From an uncultured virus (IMG/VR IMGVR_UViG_3300042860_002775) (lineage: Duplodnaviria > Heunggongvirae > Uroviricota > Caudoviricetes), in IMG/VR virus record IMGVR_UViG_3300042860_002775: a stretch of DNA of 64,000 nucleotides, one strand, 5' to 3'. Of this stretch, positions 52,301-61,691 are shown piece after piece. The translations under genes and the position numbers were made by a program. How positions within the stretch are numbered: the first letter of the stretch is position 1; every line of letters begins with the position of its first letter. The notes under the pieces were generated by a model. That model ran no database searches. It was given only the letters and a program-made list of their open reading frames with translations, and was not told the origin of the DNA.

Positions 52301-52314
52301 TATAATAAATAATT

Positions 52315-53109
52315 TTAACAAGATCTTGCAGATAAATATGCTGTACCCGATGCGTTCCTAGTTATAATATAACCGCATGTTAAATTGGTGTATGTTCCGC
52401 CAGGTACACGATTAATAAGTATGAAATATTGTTCCTCTCCAACTTGGTTAATGTAATAAAATTCTATTACTCCATTAATACCAGCAACAGCATCAATTTG
52501 TTTTGTAGGCAGCAATCCATTGCCAAAATTTGCGGTAATTACAACATTATCAAATGTTGCAAACCCCGTTGCAACTGGATTAAACAAGCGTGGGTTAGAT
52601 AATACCACCTCTTCTGGTGCAGTCCAATTTATTAAATGGGAGTTGGCTGCGGGAATTGCTTGTAGCTGCATTTCTCCAGTTCCGTCATTTGTTATCTGCC
52701 CAGTTGGACTGTCTCCATCTATTCTTGATACCGTTCCGTTTCCATTTGCAACGATTGTATATTGAATTTCCGTTTTAAATGGCGTGCTTGTTGGCGTCGG
52801 GGTAGGTGTTCTCGAACTACCCATCGCGGAGGTTGGAGTTATCGTTGGAGTGATTGAAATTGTAGGCGTGGCAGTAGGAAACGCAGAAGGTTGTGGAGAT
52901 GGAGTTCTTGACACAATTGGAGTTTTAGATGGTGTAATAGACACCGTTTGTGTTGGAGTTGGAGTGGGTGGTATTTCTTTCCATCCAATGTTTTTGCTAT
53001 CATCCGAAACTTTTACGTATAATTTTCCATCATCCGTTGTTATGTCATTTCCTTGCAGACCAAAAACGGAAGAATTTGGATTTCCGTGAATAACAATTTT
53101 TTCTTGCAT
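52315..53109 (-). CDS. TP-linker protein with a shared N-terminal module and a C-terminal beta domain
   Basis: GNP..VFG..G.....D.G.LY.K..DD..NIGW, followed by TPTPT repeats. Confidence 0.75.
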   Translation of the reverse strand: MQEKIVIHGNPNSSVFGLQGNDITTDDGKLYVKVSDDSKNIGWKEIPPTPTPTQTVSITPSKTPIVSRTPSPQPSAFPTATPTISITPTITPTSAMGSSRTPTPTPTSTPFKTEIQYTIVANGNGTVSRIDGDSPTGQITNDGTGEMQLQAIPAANSHLINWTAPEEVVLSNPRLFNPVATGFATFDNVVITANFGNGLLPTKQIDAVAGINGVIEFYYINQVGEEQYFILINRVPGGTYTNLTCGYIITRNASGTAYLSARSC

Positions 53110-53112
53110 AAA

Positions 53113-53469
53113 TTATATAGAAAATTCCGGTTCACTCGAACTTGGGGTGACAGTTGGAGTTCTGGTCGGAGTCACAGATATTGTCGGGGTTACGGTTATG
53201 GTTGGAGTAACAGTACTTGTTATACTCGGAGTAGGAGTAGTAGTAGAAGATGGAGTTGGAGATAATGGAACCGTGGCAGATGGAGTGGGTGTTGGAGTAG
53301 GTGTCGGAGTCAATGTACTATTATCTTGACCAACATATGTCCATCCAATATTTCTGCTATCATCTTTGTATTTTATATATAAATTTCCATTGTCCGATCC
53401 GAGCAATGAACCAATTATACCGAACACGGATTTTTCTGGATTTCCTCTGGGTGGAATGCTTCTTCTCAT
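53113..53469 (-). CDS. Short paralogue: same N-terminal module plus a pure TP tail
   Basis: GNPEKSVFGIIG...DNGNLYIKYKDDSRNIGW, then (TP/TV/TI)n. Confidence 0.75.
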   Translation of the reverse strand: MRRSIPPRGNPEKSVFGIIGSLLGSDNGNLYIKYKDDSRNIGWTYVGQDNSTLTPTPTPTPTPSATVPLSPTPSSTTTPTPSITSTVTPTITVTPTISVTPTRTPTVTPSSSEPEFSI

Positions 53470-53472
53470 TTT

Positions 53473-55917
53473 TTATGGAGTAATAGTTACGTCTACTTCG
53501 TAAAATGAACCTGGGTACACGGTACCAGAAGAAGCAAATACGCCAGTTGGATATTTTATCCAGTATAATTGGAATCTATATATGCCGGGAGACGGAGGCA
53601 ATATTTTACCATATTGATTGTTCCATCCAACTGCTCTCTGTTCAGTTCCACCGGGCAAAGATTGCCAAGCCGAGCCGTCCCAGTAAAGTGCTTTACATCT
53701 CAATCTATAAGAACCCGTAGCGGTTGCCGCCAAAACCGTAGGATCCGTTGTATAAATATATGGAGGATTGTTATACGAGAATGTGGTGGATGACCCCGTG
53801 GTAGTACTCAAATATACATTTGGATGTCCAGATGCGGTATAAGCAGGTGCAGTCACTGGAGTAAATCCGGACGCAGTTGCTATAGACATTGTTACCACGG
53901 ACCAGGGCGTTGGTTGTACCGTTGGAGTATAAGAACTATTATATGTTACCCAATAAAGTTCGGCTGGCCACACCCCAACTGCCGGTGGAAATATTTCCGA
54001 GTAATTATTATTGAATGCTACGGTTCTTTGCTGTGAATTTGAGTTAAATGCGCTGGCCAATTCGTTTCCTGTATTACCAGAAATCTTACATCTCAATCTA
54101 TACCTGAATGAACTTAGTACAGATGAATTTCCTGTATAAACGTATGGCGGATTGTTTAAAGAATACGTTGTATTAGACAAATACACGTCGCTGCCAGGAA
54201 ATGGTGGAGGAGAGAACGTAGAAGCTGTCGCTATGCTCATCGTAATTGTTGTAAATGGTGCACCACCATTCACCGATATTACAGGGTAATTTCCATAAAT
54301 GTCTGGTGTATCTCCGTATTCAACATAATACAACTCTGTAGTATACAATCCAACTGGAGGAACGTCTATTGGAACATAGTTAGTATTAAACACATCTGCT
54401 CTTTGCTCTAATGCCAAGTTTGGAGCAACGTCCGTCAATTCTGTTGCTTTTACTCTTAACTTCCATCGAGTCAGTGATGTTATTGTAGAATTCGTAGTAA
54501 ATACTGTAGGAGAGTCGTCTTCTCTGAAACTGTTTGCGCTGAGATAAATACCCGGCGGCAATGGAGGTGTCGGAGTAGGAGTTCCCGTTTGCGTAGGAGT
54601 TGGCGTCGGCGGCATCGGAGAAGGTGTTATTGTTACAGTAGGTGTAGGAGTTGGCGTAGGTGAAGGCGGAATATAATTTATTACTCCATACTTTGATGTG
54701 TATCCTTGGAAACTGAACGTACACGGAGCAGCACTGGCACTATAAAATACATACAAGCTTCTATCCGTATGTGCTACACCAAGTTCTAGCAATGGCAATA
54801 CGCTTCTGCCATAAGATGCACTTACCAGTGGAACTCTGTTATTATTGAATGAATATATTCCACTATCTCCCTCTACCGCTACATCCGAGGTAGATCCTAT
54901 AGAAAACAATGGTTGACCCGGAGAGTATACAAAACAATCGGTTATTACGTAATTTTCCGGTAGAACATTTCTTTGCGTTCCATTCCCCAAATAACCAGAA
55001 GTTCCATCGCTGAAGAATATTAGACCAAACTCCTTGGTAGGACTTGTTGCTTCTGCGCCTTCTCTTGGTATCAATAGATGATTGTCTCCAATAGAATCTA
55101 GCCATTGTGTTGGACCTGGATTAAGGTTCTCTGGTCTATATGAAGAAACCAGCGAGGCGTCGTTGTTTCGTACTCCACCATAATAATTTTGAGTCACTTT
55201 TGTTCCACTCAATGCGGCGTTGAATACATGTCCTTCATAAATGACAGAGTTGATGTTCCAATGACTTCCGCTCTGACCATTTCCCATAGTAGTAAACGAA
55301 CTGCTGATATAACTTGGCGCACCAGACAACGTACCGACTAAAGCGGAATTTATATAAAATCTAAATGTGCCACTATTTTCTTTTGTTATCGTGGCTTCAA
55401 ATGCTCTGTCCGGATATAATTTTATAAAATCTGGGTATTCTATTATTTTTTCCGTTGTACCATCATTTACGTATCCAATCAAACTACTTGATTTTACACC
55501 GATGTATGCTCTGCTACCATAGTCTGCCATTCCTACTACTTGCGAACCTACGCCAAATAAAACTCTACTACCCGTGTCGTTTAAAAGTGCGTCCGATGGT
55601 ATAAATGCTTTAACGGTCAAAGAAAAATTATTTCCCAAGTCATTTGCTTTTCCGTAGCAATACATGCTTAATTCATCCAATGGAGCATAATTAGCCGCAA
55701 AAGATAATCCGTTAGAACTTTGATAACCGTGCTGCGGCACTGCAAAGTTAGCAAACCCACCAGAAACAACATATTCGGCCAAATCTGCCGCCGAAATTTT
55801 CTTTGTTTCCCCAGTAGGACTTGTTAATTCACTAACATCTACAATAGGAAGCCAGTCGCCATTTGCTACATTTGTTGAAGTAAGTGTGCGTAGTTCAGTT
55901 GTTTTCTGGTTGGCCAT
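53473..55917 (-). CDS. Fibre/appendage-like protein: virion-anchor N-terminus, LamG-like domain, TP linker, three C-terminal repeats
   Basis: MANQKTTEL....D.LPIVD......TKKIS, PSPTPTPTP linker, three copies of YLS...P.VYT...RLR.K...QR...N.Y..PP..G...LY. Confidence 0.7.
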   Translation of the reverse strand: MANQKTTELRTLTSTNVANGDWLPIVDVSELTSPTGETKKISAADLAEYVVSGGFANFAVPQHGYQSSNGLSFAANYAPLDELSMYCYGKANDLGNNFSLTVKAFIPSDALLNDTGSRVLFGVGSQVVGMADYGSRAYIGVKSSSLIGYVNDGTTEKIIEYPDFIKLYPDRAFEATITKENSGTFRFYINSALVGTLSGAPSYISSSFTTMGNGQSGSHWNINSVIYEGHVFNAALSGTKVTQNYYGGVRNNDASLVSSYRPENLNPGPTQWLDSIGDNHLLIPREGAEATSPTKEFGLIFFSDGTSGYLGNGTQRNVLPENYVITDCFVYSPGQPLFSIGSTSDVAVEGDSGIYSFNNNRVPLVSASYGRSVLPLLELGVAHTDRSLYVFYSASAAPCTFSFQGYTSKYGVINYIPPSPTPTPTPTVTITPSPMPPTPTPTQTGTPTPTPPLPPGIYLSANSFREDDSPTVFTTNSTITSLTRWKLRVKATELTDVAPNLALEQRADVFNTNYVPIDVPPVGLYTTELYYVEYGDTPDIYGNYPVISVNGGAPFTTITMSIATASTFSPPPFPGSDVYLSNTTYSLNNPPYVYTGNSSVLSSFRYRLRCKISGNTGNELASAFNSNSQQRTVAFNNNYSEIFPPAVGVWPAELYWVTYNSSYTPTVQPTPWSVVTMSIATASGFTPVTAPAYTASGHPNVYLSTTTGSSTTFSYNNPPYIYTTDPTVLAATATGSYRLRCKALYWDGSAWQSLPGGTEQRAVGWNNQYGKILPPSPGIYRFQLYWIKYPTGVFASSGTVYPGSFYEVDVTITP

Positions 55918-55999
55918 AATAAAAATATCGTTTGATTATAAATATCAAGGCATACCCAAAAATATATATGATTTTATACTTTATAGGGAAGTTATTATA

Positions 56000-56806
56000 T
56001 TACCCTAGATTTTTTACTTTTTTTACAATGAACTTTACTAGGGCACTGCGTAATATGTCGTCTTCATTGAATTCAAACGTATATATACCATGTTCTTTGC
56101 TGTCATCGTCATTGAACAGGTTGAATATTGCCTGAAATCCACTTCTTCCATTTATGTCTGATTGTTGAGGATCTCCGCACAAGAATATCTTACTAAACTC
56201 GCCTGCTCTGGTCATTAGTGTTATTAGTTCCTTTTTTGTGCAATTCTGCATTTCATCGCCAATAACAGCCTTGGCATTCCAGTTCAATCCACGAAGATAT
56301 CCAACTGGCAATCCTTCTATTCTTTCATCTTTTATTAGATATTGTATATCTTCTCGCGGCAATAGTTCATCAAGTTTGTCAATTAGTGGACGTTTATATG
56401 GACTCAACTTGTCATCTGCTTCGCCGGGTAATGTGCCCATTTTTGTGTCAGCACTTTCTACGATGCTACGAACATAAAGTAAATCGCTTACTTTCTTCTC
56501 ATTCATTAGCAGCAACGCCGCTAATACAGATAGATATGTTTTTGTTGAACCTGCTGGTCCAGAAACCAATAACATTTTTACTTTTTTATCTAACGCTAAT
56601 TCTATAAATTTCTTTTGTTTTTCGGTCAGTTCTCTGTCTAATATTCTTAGGTGATGTTCTATTTTTCCTCTTTGATGCACTACTGGACTTTTATCGTGTT
56701 TTATTTGTGGTTGTTGATGGTTATTGTTATTTTCTATATCGTTGTGCTTTTTCTTGTTCAGTAGGCGTTTTTTCTTTGACATATTATTTTGTTTTTTTGT
56801 ATTCAA
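56000..56806 (-). CDS. phoH: PhoH-family ATPase (start may be the second Met, 56782)
   Basis: GPAGSTKT, G.LPG...KL.PY, YLRG, DE.QN, TR.GE.SK...GD..QSD, DILRS.LV. Confidence 0.93.
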   Translation of the reverse strand: MNTKKQNNMSKKKRLLNKKKHNDIENNNNHQQPQIKHDKSPVVHQRGKIEHHLRILDRELTEKQKKFIELALDKKVKMLLVSGPAGSTKTYLSVLAALLLMNEKKVSDLLYVRSIVESADTKMGTLPGEADDKLSPYKRPLIDKLDELLPREDIQYLIKDERIEGLPVGYLRGLNWNAKAVIGDEMQNCTKKELITLMTRAGEFSKIFLCGDPQQSDINGRSGFQAIFNLFNDDDSKEHGIYTFEFNEDDILRSALVKFIVKKVKNLG

Positions 56807-57155
56807 AAAAGACGGACATCATGTCCAACTTTTGCATAACCTGTTTTGCCTGGCGGCAAGTTTCAAAATCATCGTGTTTTTTTGAAAACTCAATGATGTT
56901 TTGAATGTTTTCCCTAAAATCTTTTTGATTCATCAGTACCACAAAATTTGAATTTTTGAAACTGAAGATCTCAACAACTGGCATTCTGTTTTTTATGCCA
57001 TATTCAATGTTATTCAATATGCGACTGTTGATCTCGTGGCGATGCGTTTCCAAATACTTTTCCATTTCCGTGTTTGATGACGGAAGTTCTATGACTTCGT
57101 ATGAATTTTTTGACTTTGCCTTCGATCCAGACTTACTGCGTGGATTCTTTTTCAT
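56784..57155 (-). CDS. Hypothetical protein
   Basis: Continuous ORF overlapping both neighbours. Confidence 0.7.
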   Translation of the reverse strand: MKKNPRSKSGSKAKSKNSYEVIELPSSNTEMEKYLETHRHEINSRILNNIEYGIKNRMPVVEIFSFKNSNFVVLMNQKDFRENIQNIIEFSKKHDDFETCRQAKQVMQKLDMMSVFFEYKKTK

Positions 57156-57513
57156 ATACTGAAGATAAATATATCTCTAACAAAGATTTTCCCATTATAT
57201 TCACAAACTTCTCGTTCTCAGACAATGTTTCTTCTCCTGTTGCATCAAGTATGATATGCATCACTTCATGAAAAAATGTTTCTGCCACCGTTTCTTCTGT
57301 TATTTTGACCACGGCTTCATATACCACGCCATCTTCTTCATATTTTCTATTTACTTCGCCAACTCCCTGCAAACGTATTAATTTCAAGTCTTCGTCCGCA
57401 CAACCATAACAATCCTCTTTCTCAAACAAATCGGGCTCTATTTGGACTTTATATTTGTGTCCAAAAAGTATAAATTCTTTCGGTATATTAAGTCGTTTTT
57501 CGGTATTAAACAC
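57133..57513 (-). CDS. Small HExxH metallopeptidase-like protein
   Basis: TFFHEVMH...E. GTG start with TATTTATA 4 nt upstream. Confidence 0.65.
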   Translation of the reverse strand: MFNTEKRLNIPKEFILFGHKYKVQIEPDLFEKEDCYGCADEDLKLIRLQGVGEVNRKYEEDGVVYEAVVKITEETVAETFFHEVMHIILDATGEETLSENEKFVNIMGKSLLEIYLSSVYEKESTQ

Positions 57514-57527
57514 TACATATAAATATC

Positions 57528-57803
57528 ATGAGTGAACAAAAAGAACCAAATTTAATTGATAAGGCAAAAAGCCTGACCAAGGCCGCATATGACTGGAGCG
57601 TAAAGGACAAATTCAGCAAAGTTCCACCAGAAGTATTTGAACAAAGAAAATCTATATGCCTATCTTGCCCAAATTGGGATACTGAAGCATTTAATGGGTT
57701 GGGAAAATGCAAACTGTGTGGATGCTCTGTGGCAAAATTATATATGCCAAGTTCTATTTGCCCAGATAAGCCTCCTAGATGGCATCCTGTATCTATTTCT
57801 TAG
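57528..57803 (+). CDS. Cys-rich, probably metal-binding small protein (plus strand)
   Basis: R.SIC.SC.......CKLCGC...K......CP....W pattern. Confidence 0.75.
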   Translation: MSEQKEPNLIDKAKSLTKAAYDWSVKDKFSKVPPEVFEQRKSICLSCPNWDTEAFNGLGKCKLCGCSVAKLYMPSSICPDKPPRWHPVSIS

Positions 57804-58008
57804 TTTTCTGTTGACAAGTTCCACAACCAGCAAACAAACTTTCGCAATAAGAACAAAAGCCGGTAAATACTTGATGTATTCCACCGGCTTTGTACTTTAA
57901 TAATACTATCTGATTCTTATTATCTTTGCACGAACGACAAATATAAACACTACCATGGCTTTTTAGTGTATTTAGTTCCTGCTGTGTAATTTCTACTTCG
58001 TGAGGCAT
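57793..58008 (-). CDS. Small Cys-rich (zinc-ribbon-like) protein
   Basis: Three CxxC motifs. Confidence 0.6.
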   Translation of the reverse strand: MPHEVEITQQELNTLKSHGSVYICRSCKDNKNQIVLLKYKAGGIHQVFTGFCSYCESLFAGCGTCQQKTKK

Positions 58009-58011
58009 ATC

Positions 58012-60933
58012 TCAAGAATATAGGTAATTAAAATACTGTTTATAATTCAAATGACGCTCAGTTAAGAACTGAGTTAAGAACTTGTCTGCTTCTGGAAAAC
58101 TCTTAAAAATACGATTTATTACGTCTATTCTAAATTGATCGCTGCCCATTTTACTATAATTATATATTTTCTGTACAATACGAATAGCGGCGCTGTCTTC
58201 GAAATTTAGTAATTTTTGAAGTATATTATCAACCTCCCTTATACCCAAAATTTCTAAACGTGTATTCATTGCGTCAACAAATTTTTCTATATATTTGCCG
58301 CCACTGACATTTATTATCTCCGTACCAACATCCGTAAAATTAATCGAGTTGTTTTTTATATGCTCAAGAATATAATTCATCATTTCTTCTTTATCATCTG
58401 GATCCATATATTCCGTAGAGTATACAAGTAAGTTAAACGTACCATAATCTGTAAAAATACTTGGATCTTTTGTACTAATTTTCTTTAAATTAAGCAATCT
58501 TTCTTTGCTGCTGTCTGCCAAACGTATCACGAGACTTATTGTGGCGTAATCAAATTTTTTTCCATTCTCTATAACATAATTCAACAACCCGCGAGGATCT
58601 TTCGTGAGACCTATATCCATACCCTCAACCGTGCTTGGAGATATTCCCCCAATCATTTCAATAACTTGATTTACATCTTTTGCATGTTTTACAATCGCTT
58701 TTTTATCCAAATCAGTTAATTTTTTTACTTTTAATATTTTTGGAATTAGTCGAATAGGATCTACACCGTAGCGCAAGAGATTTTCAATCATATCGTGGCT
58801 CAACGAGTTATTTTTTACATCTATTATATAGTTCGTGACCGCTTTTATATTTTTTTCATCGTGAATACCTGAAAAAATATAAGCAAATTGAGAATCGGTC
58901 AACTTAGATCCAATCAATTTTAAAAGCTTGATAGCCAAAGATTCTCTTTCTTTGATTGGGTATTTCGCAATAGCGAGTTCCACATTTCTATCATCCATTG
59001 AGTCCGAGTTACCGGTTTCAACAATCTGGTCAATCATTTTTTTCGCATCAACACAACCCAACAGCAACGGCGTTACAACCTCTGCATCCAATGAATTCTT
59101 TTTTAGATTAAAAATTGTGTTCGCTAATTTATCTGATTTTTTTGATCTAAAAAGTTCTTCGACATCATTTCCTGTCAACTTGTCGCCTTTCATATTCGCT
59201 ATTCGTATGGCTATATCCTCGTTCCATCTATTTTGATAAAATATAGTTCTGATTAATGCATAATCCAGCTTGATGCCGGGAATTGAAAGTATCTTTTCTA
59301 TTGTTTTTTTATTATCGACGGCAAACTCTAGTATATATTCTGCTTCGCCCGCGCTGAGTGAAGATCCTTTTATTGAAAGAATATCGTTTTCAATCTTTTC
59401 CTTGTTTGTTGACCAATAGAACAAGACGGGTATGTCGGAATAATCAATTCTATTTCTTTTTGTTTTGAGAATAAGATCGACCATCTTTTGTTTGTCTTTT
59501 GTTAGTTGCAACAAAGCCCCCAAGTCATCTGATGTTGTATTTCTAGTTCTTAGAAATCCCTCCGCAGCCTTGAAATCGTTCGCAACTATTCCCAGATTTA
59601 TTTTATAACTTCTTCCTCTATCTTTTCTCTTTGATTTTTCAGCCTTCCATTCGTCTTCGCTCGGAAGGTCGGATGGATCTGGATTATCCAAATAACTTAT
59701 TATCTCAAATTTAGAACTGTCTGTGAAAAATGCCTGACATCGTTCGTTTGAATGAATAACACCGTATCCTCCATCAAAGACCAACCCGTACCCAAGATCT
59801 TTTCTTAAAATTTTATTCCAGTTTACTGTTGATTTTCCACCAAGTTCATCACTTACCAGCTTGCAGAAATACCAAAACACGCCGACTCCAAGTTTTGCAA
59901 AGTCTGTGCCTGCTTTCGCCCTTCTTAGCAATTCCTCAATATCTTCGACTTTATCCTTATATATTTCTATAATTTTCTTGATGTCCTTTTCGCCATCAGA
60001 TGCTGTATACTTTGATACATCAATCTTTTTTATATTATTTTTTTCTTTCAATATAAAAATATATGGTCTTCCTGCCGCAAATGGAAAGTTTATAATTCCA
60101 TTTTTTTTACCATAAAACTCGGCGGCTTTTTTCAACGGAAAACAATATACACCCAGCGGAGTATCATAACTACTGTTTGGATTTATACCTGCCTTTATAA
60201 AATGAGTAAATGTGATGTATATGTCATCGCGGTCCATATACTTATCAAGCATTTCGGTGTAAGGGATTTTTGGATTTTTTTCTCCACCACGCCGTTTTTC
60301 AGAAAGCAATCCAGAATCAAAAAACAGTTGATCTAATTTATTTTTTACAAACTCTGGAACTTTGTCGCTTGCTGTTATTTTTTCCTTCAATCCATCAAAG
60401 TACATTTCATTTCCGACCAAAACTTTGTTTGCCTCGCCTACATCCGAATATTCAAACCCAATTGTTCCATCAGAATTTATTCCATTGATTTTTGCGCCTC
60501 CAAACACACTGGAAGGAATAATAGTTTTGATCAATTTCAAGAATATCTTGGCGCTTATATCGTTCTTTAGCCTCAATACCTTGAATCCCATTTTCTCTGA
60601 CTGGTTGGCTATTTCCTTACTTACCATTCCCCATAATGGCATATTAGAATACTTGTTCTTTACTTCTTGTATTCCCTTGTAAATTGATTTTGGGCTACCC
60701 GCTACACCAACCAATTTGACCATTCCACTATTCTGAACTCTTACCGCAACATATCCATTTTCATCTCCGTAAAATGTCCAGTTTCTTGCTCGCTCAACAA
60801 ACTTATCTTTATCCCAACTCTTGCCTGTTGACTTTATATAACTTTGATTGAAAATATCATACGCATTGTCCACATTTAGTGTGTCAAATGTGAATTCTGC
60901 CTCACCTAAAAATTTATCAATGGGATCCACCAT
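58012..60933 (-). CDS. Large multidomain hypothetical protein, possibly head-internal
   Basis: 973 aa, with GINP.S.Y.TPLGVY and G.GVIHSNE.CQA segments and helical C-terminal repeats. TATTTATT upstream. Confidence 0.7.
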   Translation of the reverse strand: MVDPIDKFLGEAEFTFDTLNVDNAYDIFNQSYIKSTGKSWDKDKFVERARNWTFYGDENGYVAVRVQNSGMVKLVGVAGSPKSIYKGIQEVKNKYSNMPLWGMVSKEIANQSEKMGFKVLRLKNDISAKIFLKLIKTIIPSSVFGGAKINGINSDGTIGFEYSDVGEANKVLVGNEMYFDGLKEKITASDKVPEFVKNKLDQLFFDSGLLSEKRRGGEKNPKIPYTEMLDKYMDRDDIYITFTHFIKAGINPNSSYDTPLGVYCFPLKKAAEFYGKKNGIINFPFAAGRPYIFILKEKNNIKKIDVSKYTASDGEKDIKKIIEIYKDKVEDIEELLRRAKAGTDFAKLGVGVFWYFCKLVSDELGGKSTVNWNKILRKDLGYGLVFDGGYGVIHSNERCQAFFTDSSKFEIISYLDNPDPSDLPSEDEWKAEKSKRKDRGRSYKINLGIVANDFKAAEGFLRTRNTTSDDLGALLQLTKDKQKMVDLILKTKRNRIDYSDIPVLFYWSTNKEKIENDILSIKGSSLSAGEAEYILEFAVDNKKTIEKILSIPGIKLDYALIRTIFYQNRWNEDIAIRIANMKGDKLTGNDVEELFRSKKSDKLANTIFNLKKNSLDAEVVTPLLLGCVDAKKMIDQIVETGNSDSMDDRNVELAIAKYPIKERESLAIKLLKLIGSKLTDSQFAYIFSGIHDEKNIKAVTNYIIDVKNNSLSHDMIENLLRYGVDPIRLIPKILKVKKLTDLDKKAIVKHAKDVNQVIEMIGGISPSTVEGMDIGLTKDPRGLLNYVIENGKKFDYATISLVIRLADSSKERLLNLKKISTKDPSIFTDYGTFNLLVYSTEYMDPDDKEEMMNYILEHIKNNSINFTDVGTEIINVSGGKYIEKFVDAMNTRLEILGIREVDNILQKLLNFEDSAAIRIVQKIYNYSKMGSDQFRIDVINRIFKSFPEADKFLTQFLTERHLNYKQYFNYLYS

Positions 60934-60972
60934 ATATACAAATAAATATATGAATGGACCCCATTTATTATA

Positions 60973-61434
60973 TTAGGATGTGCATTTCATCAATATGTCA
61001 TAATAATAAGTATAATCTTTGTTGGTATAAACCATTTTAGCTTTATGCTTAAAAACAGTTTTCACCGTTGCCATATCTTTGCCAATATCCTTCTCCTTGA
61101 AGTACCATTTGAACAAAAACTGATTGACCTGTATGTCTTGGGCAATATTACACCACTCTCTGTCCATCTTTGGATTTATAAGCCAATGACCAAACATTAC
61201 GTGACATAGTTCGTGGCAAATAACAAACAACTTTTTATCGTGCTTGTATTTTTTCCAAACTTCTGGATTAGCGACGATTCTAAAGTTATTGTTATAGATT
61301 TCTAACTCAACAGATTCGGCGTCGTCGTCAAATACCATTGGTTCAAACCTATTCCACATTTCACCAAATACGGGATTGAGAATATCAAGCCTCATACTCA
61401 GCAGTTGATTTTCTCGTTTCTTCAGTTTTTTCAT
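60973..61434 (-). CDS. HExxH metallopeptidase-like protein (DUF2201-type); true start 61434
   Basis: FVICHELCHV..GH and NIAQD..VNQ. The track's N-terminal extension crosses a terminator and another gene. Confidence 0.7.
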   Translation of the reverse strand: MKKLKKRENQLLSMRLDILNPVFGEMWNRFEPMVFDDDAESVELEIYNNNFRIVANPEVWKKYKHDKKLFVICHELCHVMFGHWLINPKMDREWCNIAQDIQVNQFLFKWYFKEKDIGKDMATVKTVFKHKAKMVYTNKDYTYYYDILMKCTS

Positions 61435-61460
61435 AAAAAATAGGGGAGGTTTCCCTCCCC
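61435..61460 (-). terminator. Intrinsic terminator
   Basis: ggggagg-tttc-cctcccc preceded by an A-run. Confidence 0.8.
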
Positions 61461-61465
61461 TTGGT

Positions 61466-61687
61466 TCAGATGCGGGCTCGTCGAGCCTTCTTTTTGCTCT
61501 TGGGCTTTTCAGTCGTGCCAGCGACATACTTTTCACCAGCAGCCTTGCGACGAGCCGCACTTGCCCACGAGTTGCGAGTCTTCTTGCTCGCAAACTCATA
61601 CTTCTTTCCTTCGTTGAGCAACTTCTCAACTTCGTCGGTAGAAGTTGCGCTCAAAATACGCTGTTTTAGACCTTGGTTGTTCTTCAT
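61466..61687 (-). CDS. Small basic hypothetical protein
   Basis: K/R-rich, 73 aa, followed by the terminator. Confidence 0.7.
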   Translation of the reverse strand: MKNNQGLKQRILSATSTDEVEKLLNEGKKYEFASKKTRNSWASAARRKAAGEKYVAGTTEKPKSKKKARRARI

Positions 61688-61691
61688 ATAT

